From positions 20,460,001 to 20,511,915 of the forward strand of contig NC_059440.1 of the NCBI RefSeq assembly GCF_021028975.2: 51,915 nt of DNA, written 5' to 3'. The stretch is from Sphaerodactylus townsendi (Eukaryota). Made by a program: the position numbers and the translations under genes. Under the pieces are notes generated by a model that saw only the letters and a list, made by a program, of their open reading frames with translations, made no database searches and was not told where the DNA came from. Below, piece after piece: positions 35,806 to 46,852 of the stretch (the first letter of the stretch is position 1; the number at the start of each line of letters is the position of its first letter).

Positions 35806-36808
35806 ATCCTTCACCCATAGCCTTGGTTCCTTGTGACAGCCTGCAAAGACTGCAGGTGTATATTGTCTGAGATGACCCAGATGGTTCTTCTCAGACTTTC
35901 TACACATCTGTGCTTACAGCAATAAAGGCCATACAAGCTCTCTCTTCCCTTGCAGGGAGGTGCAAAATTTCTATAGTCCTAGTGGTATTTGACCACCCCT
36001 TTGGAAATGCAGCTCTCTGCACAATTGCTGGATTACTCCTAACCAGGTGTGCAAATATAAGCACAGGAAAGCAGGTGGCTGCTACTGCTGGTGCCCTTTT
36101 ACTTCACCTTGGAGAAAAAAAAAACTTTCATGAGCCAGAAGAGCTTTTCATGAATAGTCAAACTCCACTGAACTGTCCTCATCTAGTGCTAAAAAGTTTG
36201 CAACCCCCGAAGACCACATTAGGGGTGCAATATTTCCTGACATGTATTTCGTATCACTTTGTGATGCTTGGTTGTCGTCTCTATCCCATGCTTTCTGATT
36301 GGATTCTGGCATTGGGCAAAAATATTGGACACGCATTTGCGTGACTGATCACTCCATGGGATGAAACCTTATTTAGCATTTATGTATGCATCTAACTGCC
36401 CTTTAGCTAGGGTTAGAAGTTTTTGTTTTCAGTAATTTCGTGGCCGCAGTTTTGCTGCTGTGCCCACCATGCCTTGTCAAAATTACAGATGCGCCCCAAA
36501 ACTCAAAAAGGGTGGGGACTCCTGTCGCAGAAGGTCGGCTGCTGCTTTGCACAGCTCTTCAGACAGCACGTCCTGATCTCCGCGGGGGCATGTCTGCGCA
36601 CAGGAGCATCAAAGGCTGCCTGCTGCTTTGAATTAAGGCAAACTTATGAGAATGCCTTGAAGGAAAAGCACTCTTATGCCCACTTTGGTTCCTGGCCTCC
36701 AACACCCATAATCCACTCAAGTTTTGCTTTCAGTTTAAAGACACTAAAAATGGTGCATTTCTCAGCTGTCCCATTAAAGGCCACAACAAGAGGCAAGACC
36801 ACCTGAAC

Positions 36809-36814
36809 TTTATT
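36809..36814 (-). terminator. Likely ZBTB48 polyadenylation signal (very short 3'UTR)
   Basis: Minus-strand AATAAA about 30 nt after the stop codon, followed by GU-rich sequence. Confidence 0.6.
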
Positions 36815-36845
36815 GGGGAAAGGGGGCTTTACAGAGGTGCAGCTG

Positions 36846-39800
36846 CTACGTTTCGCAGTCGTCGGGGATTGTAATGATGAGCGATTGTTCAATGATATCC
36901 GCGGGGGCAAAGTCCTCGTTCGAACAGAGTCTTTGCACAGGGATCTCCTCGGCCAGAGAGGTGTGGCCGAGAGATTCCACGATGACCTCGGCAGAGCCCA
37001 CCTCCAGGATGTGGGGGGGCTGCAGGGCAACCACCACCGCCTTCTCGTCTTCGATGATGAGATTGCGCAGCTTCCGTTGGCGGGGGTTGTAGTTCTCGAC
37101 CCGGTCGTGGATTTCCATGTGGCGTCGCAAATGTGCCTTCGGAAGAACGGTGGAGAGAGAGGGAGAAGCTAGTGGAGGGGGTGGGGACTAAAAAGCAAAC
37201 CAACGACAGGCACGACACCCCCACTTTTCACAATCACAGGTTCACTATAAGGCAAGGGACCCCTACCCCCAGAACCCAAGCCATCTTAGTCTTTGCGCAG
37301 AGCCAAGGAATTGCCGTTCCGTGTCAGCACGCAAGCTGCGTACCTGTCGTGTGAACTTGTAGCCACATTCCGTGCATTCAAATTTCCGCACTCCTTTGTG
37401 CCGGCGAACGTGGACGCGCAACTGCTCCACCGCTGAGAATGCAAAGTCAGGGAACCTGTCAATGTGGTTGCCTTGCCACATTATCTCAGAGCAAGGCTGC
37501 GGCAGATGGCGGCTGAATATATGAAGCTGCCTCGCACCTCAGTCAGATTACTGGTCCAGCTACAGTCTACTCTGATGGGTCACAGCTCTCCAAGGCAGCA
37601 TTTCCTTGCCAGCCCTACTTCCTGTGCTCAAGGTACTCACCCAAGTTACTGTCAATACCATTGAAGCAAATTTGCTTCCAGCTTGTCTAGCCAAGAACAG
37701 TCCTAAACTTCTCCACCCTGCTTTCCTTCACCAGCCCCTCACCATGTTTGCAGAAAGCTGCTGTGTGTGTTTAGGAACTTGGGCCAGGAGAGGCTTATTC
37801 CCCCTGCACCTCCCTTGGAATTCAAGCCTCCCTTGGCATTACCTTTGAAAGTCTTCCCACAGATCTGACAGAAGTGGGGTCTCCCCTCCTGGTGCCGGCT
37901 GGCGATATGTCTCAGCAAAGGGCCTTTCTCCGTAAACCTCTGGCCGCAAAACTCACAGCTGAAAGGGCGCTCGCCTGTGTGAGTCCGGTTGTGTTTATCC
38001 AGGCTGGCTAAAAAGAGAACCCCAAAAAGTTGACAGACAGGAGGAAGGATTTTCAGGGCTAGCCCAGATGCTCACAATGGTCTGAACCCCCGCACCTTCT
38101 CCGCAGCTCAGCTTCCAGGCCAATCCCTCATAAGTGGAAGCAGCCACTGTGAACTTTTTCCCCTCCCTCCACAGGATCAGATACTCCCCACAGGAAGCCC
38201 TCCGGTTGTGGAAGGCGCATGAGCTGCCCTTGCTAAGTCTCAGCCCGCCCACCCCTCTTGTTTCACCCACTTAGAATCATAGAGTTGGAAGAGACCCCAA
38301 GGGCCATCCAGTCCAACCCCCTGCAATGCAGGAACACACAATCAAAGCGCTCTTGACAGATGACCCTCCAGCCTCTCTTTAAAAACCTCCAAGAAGGAGA
38401 CTCCACCACACTCCAAGGTAGTGCATTCCACTGTCAAACAGCCCTTACTGTCAGGAAGTTTTTCCTGATATCTAGATGGAATCTCTTTTCCTTCACCTTG
38501 AACCCATGACTCCTGGTCCTAGTCTCTAGAGGAGCAGAAAACAAGCTCACTCCCTCACCAAGAAGACATCCCTTCAAATAAACATGGCTATCATCCCCAC
38601 CCCCCCACCCCCCAACCTTCTCTTCACCAAACTGAACATGCCCAGCTCCCTAAGCCTCTCTTCGCAGGGCATGGATTCCAGGCCTTGTACTTCTTAAAGC
38701 CTCAGTGGTTAAGGGAGAGTGCAGGCCCGAGGGCAACTTGGATTGCCCAGCAGAGTGCTGTGTGGCACTTATACCTTGCGTGCGGAATGTCTTCCCGCAG
38801 AGGTGGCACTGGAACGGTTTCTCTCCAGTGTGGGTACGCAGGTGCATGTTGAGGTTGGCCTTCTGGGTGAAGGCGTGGTGGCAGAACTCGCACACGTAGG
38901 GCCGCTCGTTCCTGCAGAGGCGGGACCAGCAGGGGAGAGAGGGATTGGAGAGGAGAAGAGAGAAAACAGCCACTCCTGAATGCACTTGCAGATTCCGAAG
39001 GCACAGGAAAGAGAGGGGTCGGCTGTTCCCCGCGTACCTGTGCTTGGCTTTGATGTGCATCTGCAAACCATTGCGACTCGAGGCCCTGTGACCGCACTCC
39101 TCGCAGACGAACAGTTTCTCCCCACGATGCTTGAAGGCTTCATGTAGGCGCAGTTCTGTCCGAGACAGGAAGCATTTGGAACACAAAGGGCACTGCCAGA
39201 GAAGGAGTAAAAGGACTGGGGTCAGTTTCCCACCAGAGGCAAAGGCACGGCTGCTCGCTCGTTGCCCCAGAGCTTGTTTTCCCATCATAAAAGTGTCTGG
39301 AAGAACTTGACAGAAGCCGTGTACAGGAATCCTCTGACAGTTGCTGTTAATGTGTCATTTCCAAGACGTTCGTAGAGCTCAGGGCTCCCCCAAACTAATT
39401 CCAGAGAATCTACTTTTCTTTCTGTTCCAGCACATTGGAACTTTCACTCCAACCCCATCCAGCTGCCAAGCAATAAGCTCTCCCCAGCTCCAGGAATCCA
39501 CCAGGGCGTACCGCATGGGGTTTGGGGGCTCCATGCAATTTGATCAAATGGCTTTGAAGGTCCTTTTTCTGCATGAACTGCTGGATGCAGGAAGAGCACT
39601 GAAACACAGAAGGGTCACAGATTAGCGTCCATCATCTTGCCAAGACAGTCGTCAGTGTACTTATGGTTGGCCCCAGTCAGGCCCAGAAGAACCTCTCTGC
39701 ATGCAGCCAACTGGTCAGCACTTTTTGAATACATTCTGTTGATTACAGCTCCAAAAAGGAAGTGCCCAAACGTGCATGGAGTCCTTGCTGAGACTTCAAA

Positions 39801-42800
39801 ATGTGGAGAGGGATTTTTTAAAACTGCCATTGGCTACAAGAGGGGGATACAGCTTCCATGCCAACCCCATGACAGACAAAAGCAAAATAGGGCAAAGAAT
39901 CAATGAAAGTAATTGTGACACGTTCCCTTAACTCATTCAGGACACAGCATGGTCAATTGGGGCAGATGGGAATCATAGTCCATGAACATCTAGAGCAGGG
40001 GTAGGGAACCTGCGGCTCGAGAGCCGCATGCGGCTCTTCTGCCCTTGCACTGCGGCTCCACGAGCCGAGCCACTGGTCCCATCCTTGCCTGCCTTGCAGG
40101 CAGCAGGGCGGGTGCACCAACTGCCCGTGGCTGGCTGGGCCGTGCCGCAGGCACCACTCTCTGCGCCTGCCCCGTTAGGCCCGGGGTGGAAGCTTTCCAG
40201 GCGACCGGCTGTGACCCGGCTGCTGGCCCCATCCTTGCCCGCCCTGCAGGCAGCAGGGCGGACGCATCCATGCGCTTCTCAGAATGAGCGGAGTAAAAGG
40301 TAAAAAGCCCCAATATATACAATGTTATCTTTATTTTAAATGTCAAAAATTATTTGCGGCTCCAAGTGTTTTCTTTTCCCGTGGAAAACGGGTCCAAATG
40401 GCTCTTTGAGTGTTAAAGGTTTCCTACCCCTGATCTAGAGGGCCACAGTTGGGTTTAGGGTATACTGAAAGTAAACCTCACTATCTGACCGGGATGAATG
40501 AGGCTATACAGGGGGGAAAACAAACAGCCCAACATTTCTCTTAGTACAACAACCTTGCAAAATGGCACAAACTGTTTCCCGAGATCTCTTAGCCAACCAG
40601 TGACAGAATGCCAGCTGAGAACATGTTCAAGGCCAAGACAGGCTGACCTTATAAGGCATCTCTCCTGTGTGGGACACCATGTGCAGCCGCAGCTCCAGCC
40701 GCCTCTTGAACACCTCCTGACAGACAGAACAGGTGAAAACCTAGAAAGGAAGGAAGCTGGGAATTAGCATGTCAGGAGGAAACATCCTGGGTTTGGCTTT
40801 TTTGGCAAGCCTTAGATTTCATACATGGTGTAGGTCACAGAGGGTATTATTACAGACACATGCATTTTATTATTACAGACACATGTAGATTAGCTCTCTG
40901 ATTGCTCTGATAAGATTATTATTATGAGCAAAAAACAAACCTGTGCTTGGCTTGGATCAGGGGAGATGTTATACTACAACTATCAACTTCTGTACAGAAA
41001 ACTGCCACAGTCCCTCTGATCTTGACCTCTAACCCAGCAACTCCCGCAAAGCTGTGTTGAGAGTGGCATGGTTGAAAGAGAACTGAACCTCCACTTCAAC
41101 ATAGCCCCCGACACTGGGTGAGCACTAATCTCCATCAGCCCAGGGGAGTCCAAGCTTTCAGGGCTGCTGCCTCAATAGTGTGATGAATCAGTCACAGCCC
41201 CTCCCTCCCCAAGTACCTGCTCTGAGCGGTTCATGCAATTCCTCGCTTCGTGCTCTAGCAAGTTCTCTTTCCGGAAGTAGCATTTCCCACACTTGGAACA
41301 TTCAAACGGCTTCTCTCCGGTGTGTTTCCTGAAAGGCAGAGGGAGAAACTGAACAAAGGTAGTGTGACGTCTGGTAGCATCACCCAGTAAACACCCAGGA
41401 GGCCAGCACTGCCTCCTACAAACCTTTTACAAACTCACATATTGTGTGAACCAGGACTTACGTTGCCTGAGCTGCAGCAAAAACCCCAGTCACCTTCATG
41501 TAATGTGTGAACACACCCTTCACGTTTCCCAGCCCAGAAGTCCTGCCGCCAATCAATCTCAATTCTGCAGTCAGCCCCGCTAGCTGCTTTACAGCAAATT
41601 ATGCCTTTTCCAGGTGACTCGCTCCACCCTACAGAGCCAGCACAGTGCAGTGGCTAAGAGTGGTGGAGCTCTAATCCAGACAGCCAGGCTCAATTCTCCA
41701 TTCCTCCACGTGAAGCCAGCTGGGTGACCTTGGGCCAGTCATGACATTCTCAGCACTCTCTCAGCTGACATGGAGGCAGCCAACGGGAAACCACCTCTTG
41801 CCTTAAACTGTGCGGGGTCATCATAGGCCTGCTGCGACTTGGCAGTGCGCACGCATACACACACACACAGCTTTGCCCCATTCCCCTTTTGCACTCATCC
41901 CACAAGGTTAGGGTACAAGGGACTTGCCTGTTGTGCACTTTGAGATAATATTTGCTGAGAAACGACTTGTGGCAGGTGGGGCATTTGACAGGCTCAGCCG
42001 TGCCTCTGCGGTTTCCAAGCAATCCAGTCCCCAGCATATTGCTGCGTCCTGTGGTCTCAGATGCACTGGGCTTTCTGGCCAAGTGGGATCTTCTTTTGGT
42101 CCTGATGTTCTTTTTCCCAGGAATGTAATCCTCATCTGCTTCCTTGGTTTCCTTTTCCCCTCCTCCATCGTCATCAACAGGGGGGTCATTAGGGCTCAGC
42201 ACCACCTGAATTTCCCACTGCAATTAAACACCAAGAGCATTGGGTTACTTCTACACACACAGCAAAAACACGACACCAGCACAGTGCTCAGAATAGGATC
42301 AGAATAGGATCTGGGAAATCCAGGTTCAAATTCTCACTCTGCTATAGAATCTTGCTGGATGACTTTGGACCAGTCATACACTTAGCCTGGACCCTGGCAA
42401 GTATTTGTCATTACCAATCTTTCCTTGCAATGCACACCTTCAAGTCCCTACTAGGACCTGTTCCAGTTCATGTGGAGCTCTGCACCAGTCCTAGGAGAAT
42501 AGAGTGTGCAACCCAATGCATCTTCCAGACTCCTCTGCAGTGTACAAGAGCCCTGCAGGAAACTGAGTAATGCGGAATGGGGTTTCCCTGACACTCAAAT
42601 AGGCTCTCCACTGCAACACTTCCACAAACCCTCAAGACCTAACCCACATGACCCAACCATCTTCCATTCCCCTGCACCCCCCAACGAAACAGCAAACTTA
42701 TACTGCTGTTGCTTCATCTCTGGCAATCATATTTCCTCTCTGCTTTGAGGTGCCTTTATTCTCCATCAGGAATGCCTTTGTAACAAACAGAGCAAATCCC

Positions 42801-43511
42801 TAGTTAGGACATTACTCCACACGCCACCTCATTACTGGCGCCCGCGTCCTCGGTGGCTCCTCTTTTCAATGGCCTTTTTTGTTCTTTACATTCCGCGATG
42901 CTCTTTACTTCACCTGCATTGCTCAGTGTGTTTGTTTTGAGAGCCCCTTTCAACCTTCCCCGAAAGATACAGGGGCTCTGCCTTTGCCCCTGGGCCACTC
43001 TATTGCCCTGGGGGCAGGGGTTCGGGCTGGTTTCCTCAACGGAGTCATTTTTGGACACGGCCTGACAGACCGATTCTCCTTGCGCATCTGTCCCCTCTTC
43101 CAAGTGACCCCTGAGGTCTTTTTCAGACGGCAGCTGGCTGTTCTGGTCACCGCTATCCAAGGGTTTGGGATTGAATTCCTGGCACAGCTTGACGGCTTCC
43201 GGGATGGAGAGTTCCTTGGCAGCTGTGAGAAGCTTCTTCCAGTTCTCCGAGGTGATCGCCAAGTGCCCGGTGTAGAAGAAGTCAAGAAGTAGGGCAAAGA
43301 TCTCCACAAAGGTCTCTGGCAGGATCACCCTGCTAGAAGCGCCGTCATACATGCTCTGGAAGAAAGAGCTGCAGCAAGCCAGGACACTCCAGTGTGCCTT
43401 GAACACCAAACTGCCAACTGCTAGGGTGGCATCACAGTATTGCCCACTCTCCCGTTGCTTGTTGAGTTCCTGCAGAACGCGCACACTGTGTTGTACAAAG
43501 GAGCCCTCCAT
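36846..43511 (-). CDS. ZBTB48: Zinc finger and BTB domain protein 48 (TZAP, telomere-binding), complete, 700 aa. Coding exons (minus) 43511-42828, 42217-41928, 41328-41217, 40740-40648, 39598-39512, 39192-39038, 38911-38775, 38007-37843, 37432-37344, 37136-36846
   Basis: [24 protein letters not shown] start, 11 C2H2-type fingers, and the C-terminal [32 protein letters not shown] segment. Total 2103 nt in frame. One intron uses a GC donor. Confidence 0.97.
38272..38684 (-). mobile_element. CR1 LINE 3' fragment
   Basis: Same family as 30431 and 35634; TAGAATCATAGAGTTGG start. Confidence 0.85.
39996..40432. mobile_element. 437-bp hAT (Charlie-type) MITE in a ZBTB48 intron
   Basis: TIR CAGGGGTAGG(G/A)AACCT; perfect 8-bp TSD ATCTAGAG. 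Confidence 0.9.
41634..41869 (+). mobile_element. tRNA-headed SINE with Sauria-like 3' end and (CA)n tail
   Basis: GAGCCAGCACAGTGCAGTGG head, then GGAAACCACCTCTTGCC...CTGCGACTTGGCAG and ACACACAC. Confidence 0.6.
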
Positions 43512-44420
43512 GTCCTGCAGGAAGAAGAGAGGCAAGATTAATAGGTGTTGGCTGGAAACAGCTCCTCTTCAGACTCCTCACCACCATGTGGAAGGGGATC
43601 CCCAAAGACCCAAATGGGATCTCCACTGAACACACAAAACTCTGACAGAGATTAATACAAAGTGGGCTGACCTACCCTGGCTCAAACATATCAAGAAAAT
43701 GGTGATCAATAAAATATGGACAGTGGATTAAGAAAGCACAGAGAATTTAGGCCAGGGACACACCCAGGGGAAAGGAACTGTCAGGCTGCTGTTCTCTGTT
43801 ATCCAGTCAAGGAAGACAACAAAGCAAGGGGTGGATAGCAAAACAAGAGTCATCCTACATTACCAGACTCCAACTGGAAACAGTTTCGATGAAAGAAACC
43901 TGGGGTTAGGTATCCCAGCTTTGCAAAACATCTTTCTCCAATCATAAAAATCAATTGTTACAGTCAACACTGTCAGCAGCCTCAAGAGTTCATTTACAGC
44001 TTCCAAATTAAAGAGAAGATGGGCGGGAAATAGGAGAAAAGGGCTGGGACAAGAGATCCAGTCCAGCAGCAAGGGAAGCTGGACCAAGGAAGGGGGATCC
44101 AAAGTAGCAACCCCCAGCATGCTTATGTAGGAAGATGCCCTGCTGGATTCAGTGATATTTACTTCAGAGTAAATAAGCTTTGCCTTGCACCAGGGCAAGC
44201 GTGGGAGTGGGGGGTGGCATCAAAATTACTATCAAAACAGAGTTGCCAGAATGCCAAGAGGCTGCAGAACATAAAGCACTATTGCAGAAAATAAAACTAA
44301 AGGAAATAGGGGGCCGCATTGCCTGAAATGGGGGGCAGCATTTGGAATGCCTGAATGGAGGGTCCCCCTCTGGCAGGGGGAACTCAGTGCGAGGGAGGGG
44401 GTCCCCCAGACCCCGTTTAC

Positions 44421-44510
44421 CTCAGCCCCCCTGCGTCGCGTCTCCCCTCCACCGTCGCTACAGCCCAGTCTGAGAGCGAAACATGAACTTGGCCAGCGCC
44501 ATCTTGGGAT
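44421..44510 (-). other. ZBTB48: Probable non-coding first exon of ZBTB48 (5' end approximate)
   Basis: Minus-strand donor GAG|GTAAAC at 44421/44420 inside a CpG-rich island. The first coding exon has its acceptor only 3 nt before the ATG (43514), so an upstream exon is required. Confidence 0.65.
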
Positions 44511-44720
44511 GCGTGACGTCACGGCGGGGCCGGGGAGCGAGGAGGCAAGCGCGAGCCTAAGGGCGGGGGGCCCCATAGAGTCCGGACGTGGGCGGGGCGA
44601 ATGGGGATGCTAATGAAGGGGGCGGGACCATAGTCCAGGCGTGGGCGGGGCGAATGGGGATGTTAATGAAGGAGGAGGCAGGGCCATATAGTCCATACGT
44701 GGGCGGGGCAAATGGGGATG
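44490..44720 (-). promoter_or_regulatory. ZBTB48 CpG-island promoter: YY1 motif, palindromic CRE, repeated GC boxes
   Basis: CGCCATCTT (YY1) about 44497-44505; CGTGACGTCACG 44512-44523; GGGCGGGG in each copy of a ~55-bp tandem unit. Confidence 0.75.
44560..44720. repeat. ~55-bp GC-box tandem repeat, about 2.7 copies
   Basis: Units start at 44573, 44628 and 44684, each containing CGTGGGCGGGGC(G/A)AATGGGGATG. Confidence 0.9.
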
Positions 44721-45096
44721 GTACACTGCTGAAAACGAAAGAATGAATGAAATAGGGCTGTCCTTTTAGGATTTTAATGCTACCAGCTATACCGGTTATT
44801 ATTGACGATTATGACTTTTAACGATCCAGAGTTATCCGTATTATGTCGGGATGATTTATATTGGACCTTATTCTGCACGTGCAGAAGGGGCCAGAGTGTG
44901 ACAGTGGGTTTCCATACTGGGGACATGCATTTTCTTGCCCACGCCAGTGGTCATTCATACCCGGTTCAATTGCCAATGTGTGTGCTGTGTTTGCACCTGC
45001 ATGCCTGAAAATTGTAACGTGGAAAGGAAATTATCTTTGGAAGCTTGAGGGAATGGGTTGCTTGCAAGGAGTCTGGTATATCGGATTGGCCTATAG

Positions 45097-45614
45097 CAGT
45101 GGTGGCGAACCTGTGGCACGGGTGCTAGAGGTGGCACTCAGAGGCCTCTTTGTGGGCACGCGCAAACACCCCGCCCCCCACACACACATCTAACCTGGTC
45201 TGGGCTGCCGGACTTGATTATTAGCATTAAACCTAAGACCTAGTTTTGGGGAAGCAGTGTAGGTAACCCTGTTAAGCGCTGTTAAACCCCACTGATTTTC
45301 ATGAGAATAACTAAAGCGCGATCCTTTATCTGGGAGTAAGCTTGGTTGCTGGCAATGGGGCTTGCTTCTGAGTAAACCCTCCTAGGGTCATGATTCACTC
45401 GTTGGAAGAGTTGCACAGTTGATTCAAAGCAAAGCCACTGACTACCACCAGGCTTATTCTCAAGTAACGCATGCCTCGGAGCCAATAGTTTTTTCTAAAC
45501 TAAAAAACTGTTATTCAGGTTAGAGGTACTGTGTTGCTACCTGGCCAATAAATGTGGGTTTTGGAGTTACACAATTTGGGCTTTTCGATATACCGAAAAG
45601 GTTCGCCATCACTG
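45097..45614. mobile_element. 518-bp hAT MITE
   Basis: TIR CAGTG(G/A)TGGCGAACCT; perfect TSD GCCTATAG; sister copy at 50236. Confidence 0.9.
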
Positions 45615-46457
45615 GCCTATAGCAGTATCGCTAAGGGAAAAATGTTTCTCAATGACTGTAGGTATCTCCTCATTGATGTGAAGTGTTAGAAGATCACAGG
45701 GCTTGAAAAAAGGTGAGTCCCTTCCCAAGCTGAGGAGAAAGGATGAACATTTTTTTTTATTCCAGACATTTATTAGCTGCCTTCTTACCTTACCAAACAC
45801 AAGGTGGCTTACAATATAAATAGAACAAAAACCATACAAATACATTTATAAAAAAACACCCTATGAGTTACAATTTACAGCCAATAAACAGAAGATACTA
45901 AAGTAATCATAAATGTAGATTTGCGTCAGACTGAAGAGGAATTTTATATTCTGAAACAAACGGAAAGAGAAGAAAACGTGCTTTATCGGGAGACAGAGAA
46001 TGCAGGGTCTGTCACTCTCTGAAACTGGTGCAGGTTACTAAAACTGCTGCCTTCCAGGAGTGTCTTTTTGCAATCGCCCATGTTCTATATTTGCCATCAA
46101 AGCAAGTGTTACAAATATGTCATGTAGCCTCCAGTGCTGCTTCTCCAAAGAGAACCAACCCAGCATGCAACAATATTTATAAATACCACACATGAAAGAG
46201 AAAATAAATTTCAGCATTAAGAGATGGGAAATTCTTGTGTTTTATATCAGGGAGGGTCAGCAGCACAGAATTACTAGGCAAGCGGGTCTTGAACAATGCA
46301 GTCAGTTAGAAGAGAACCCCCAAAATATGGTAACTGCCATTTTAAACTCAGGTACCACTTTCCAAGTCTATAAGTTTGCTCCAGAGGGTCAGGAAGCTTA
46401 GAAGTGAGTCCCACTTCAAAAAGTTTGAGAATTACTCCTCTAGAGAAGATCCCTACC

Positions 46458-46746
46458 AAGAAGAAAAGTTTGGATTTATATCCTCTCTTTCTCTCCTGTA
46501 AGGAGACTCAAAGGGGCTTACAATCTCCTCCCCCCCCCCAACAAACACCCTGTGAGGTGGGTGGGGCTGAGAGAGCTCCAAAGAACTGTGACTAGCCCAA
46601 GGTCACCCAGCTGGCATGTGTTGGAGTGCACAAACTAATCTGGGTCCCCAGATAAGCCTCCACAGCTCAAGTGGCAGAGCAAGGAATCAAGCCCAGTTCT
46701 CCAGATTAGAGTGCACCTGCTCTTAACCACTACACCATGCTGGCTC
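46458..46746 (-). mobile_element. tRNA-derived SINE (Squam3-like), about 105 nt after the TAS1R1 stop
   Basis: Full-length reverse-complement copy. Confidence 0.88.
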
Positions 46747-46852
46747 TTAGCAGTGAGCCTCTGCTATTCTAACACCCAATGAAGCTGCCCAGGTCACCTA
46801 CTGAGTTGGGCCAGCCCTGCTCCTGTGTCGGCAGCCCCAGCTTCCCCCACCC

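Noticed and set aside
45756-45774. Minus-strand AATAAA pair as the TAS1R1 polyA signal
   Set aside because: They sit at what looks like a retroposon tail. Possible, but not supportable without 3'-end data.
45915-45960. GTC-aga-CTGAAGA-GGAAT/ATTCT-GAAAC hammerhead-like string
   Set aside because: Core and stem II are present, but there is no stem I and stem III is poor; likely chance.
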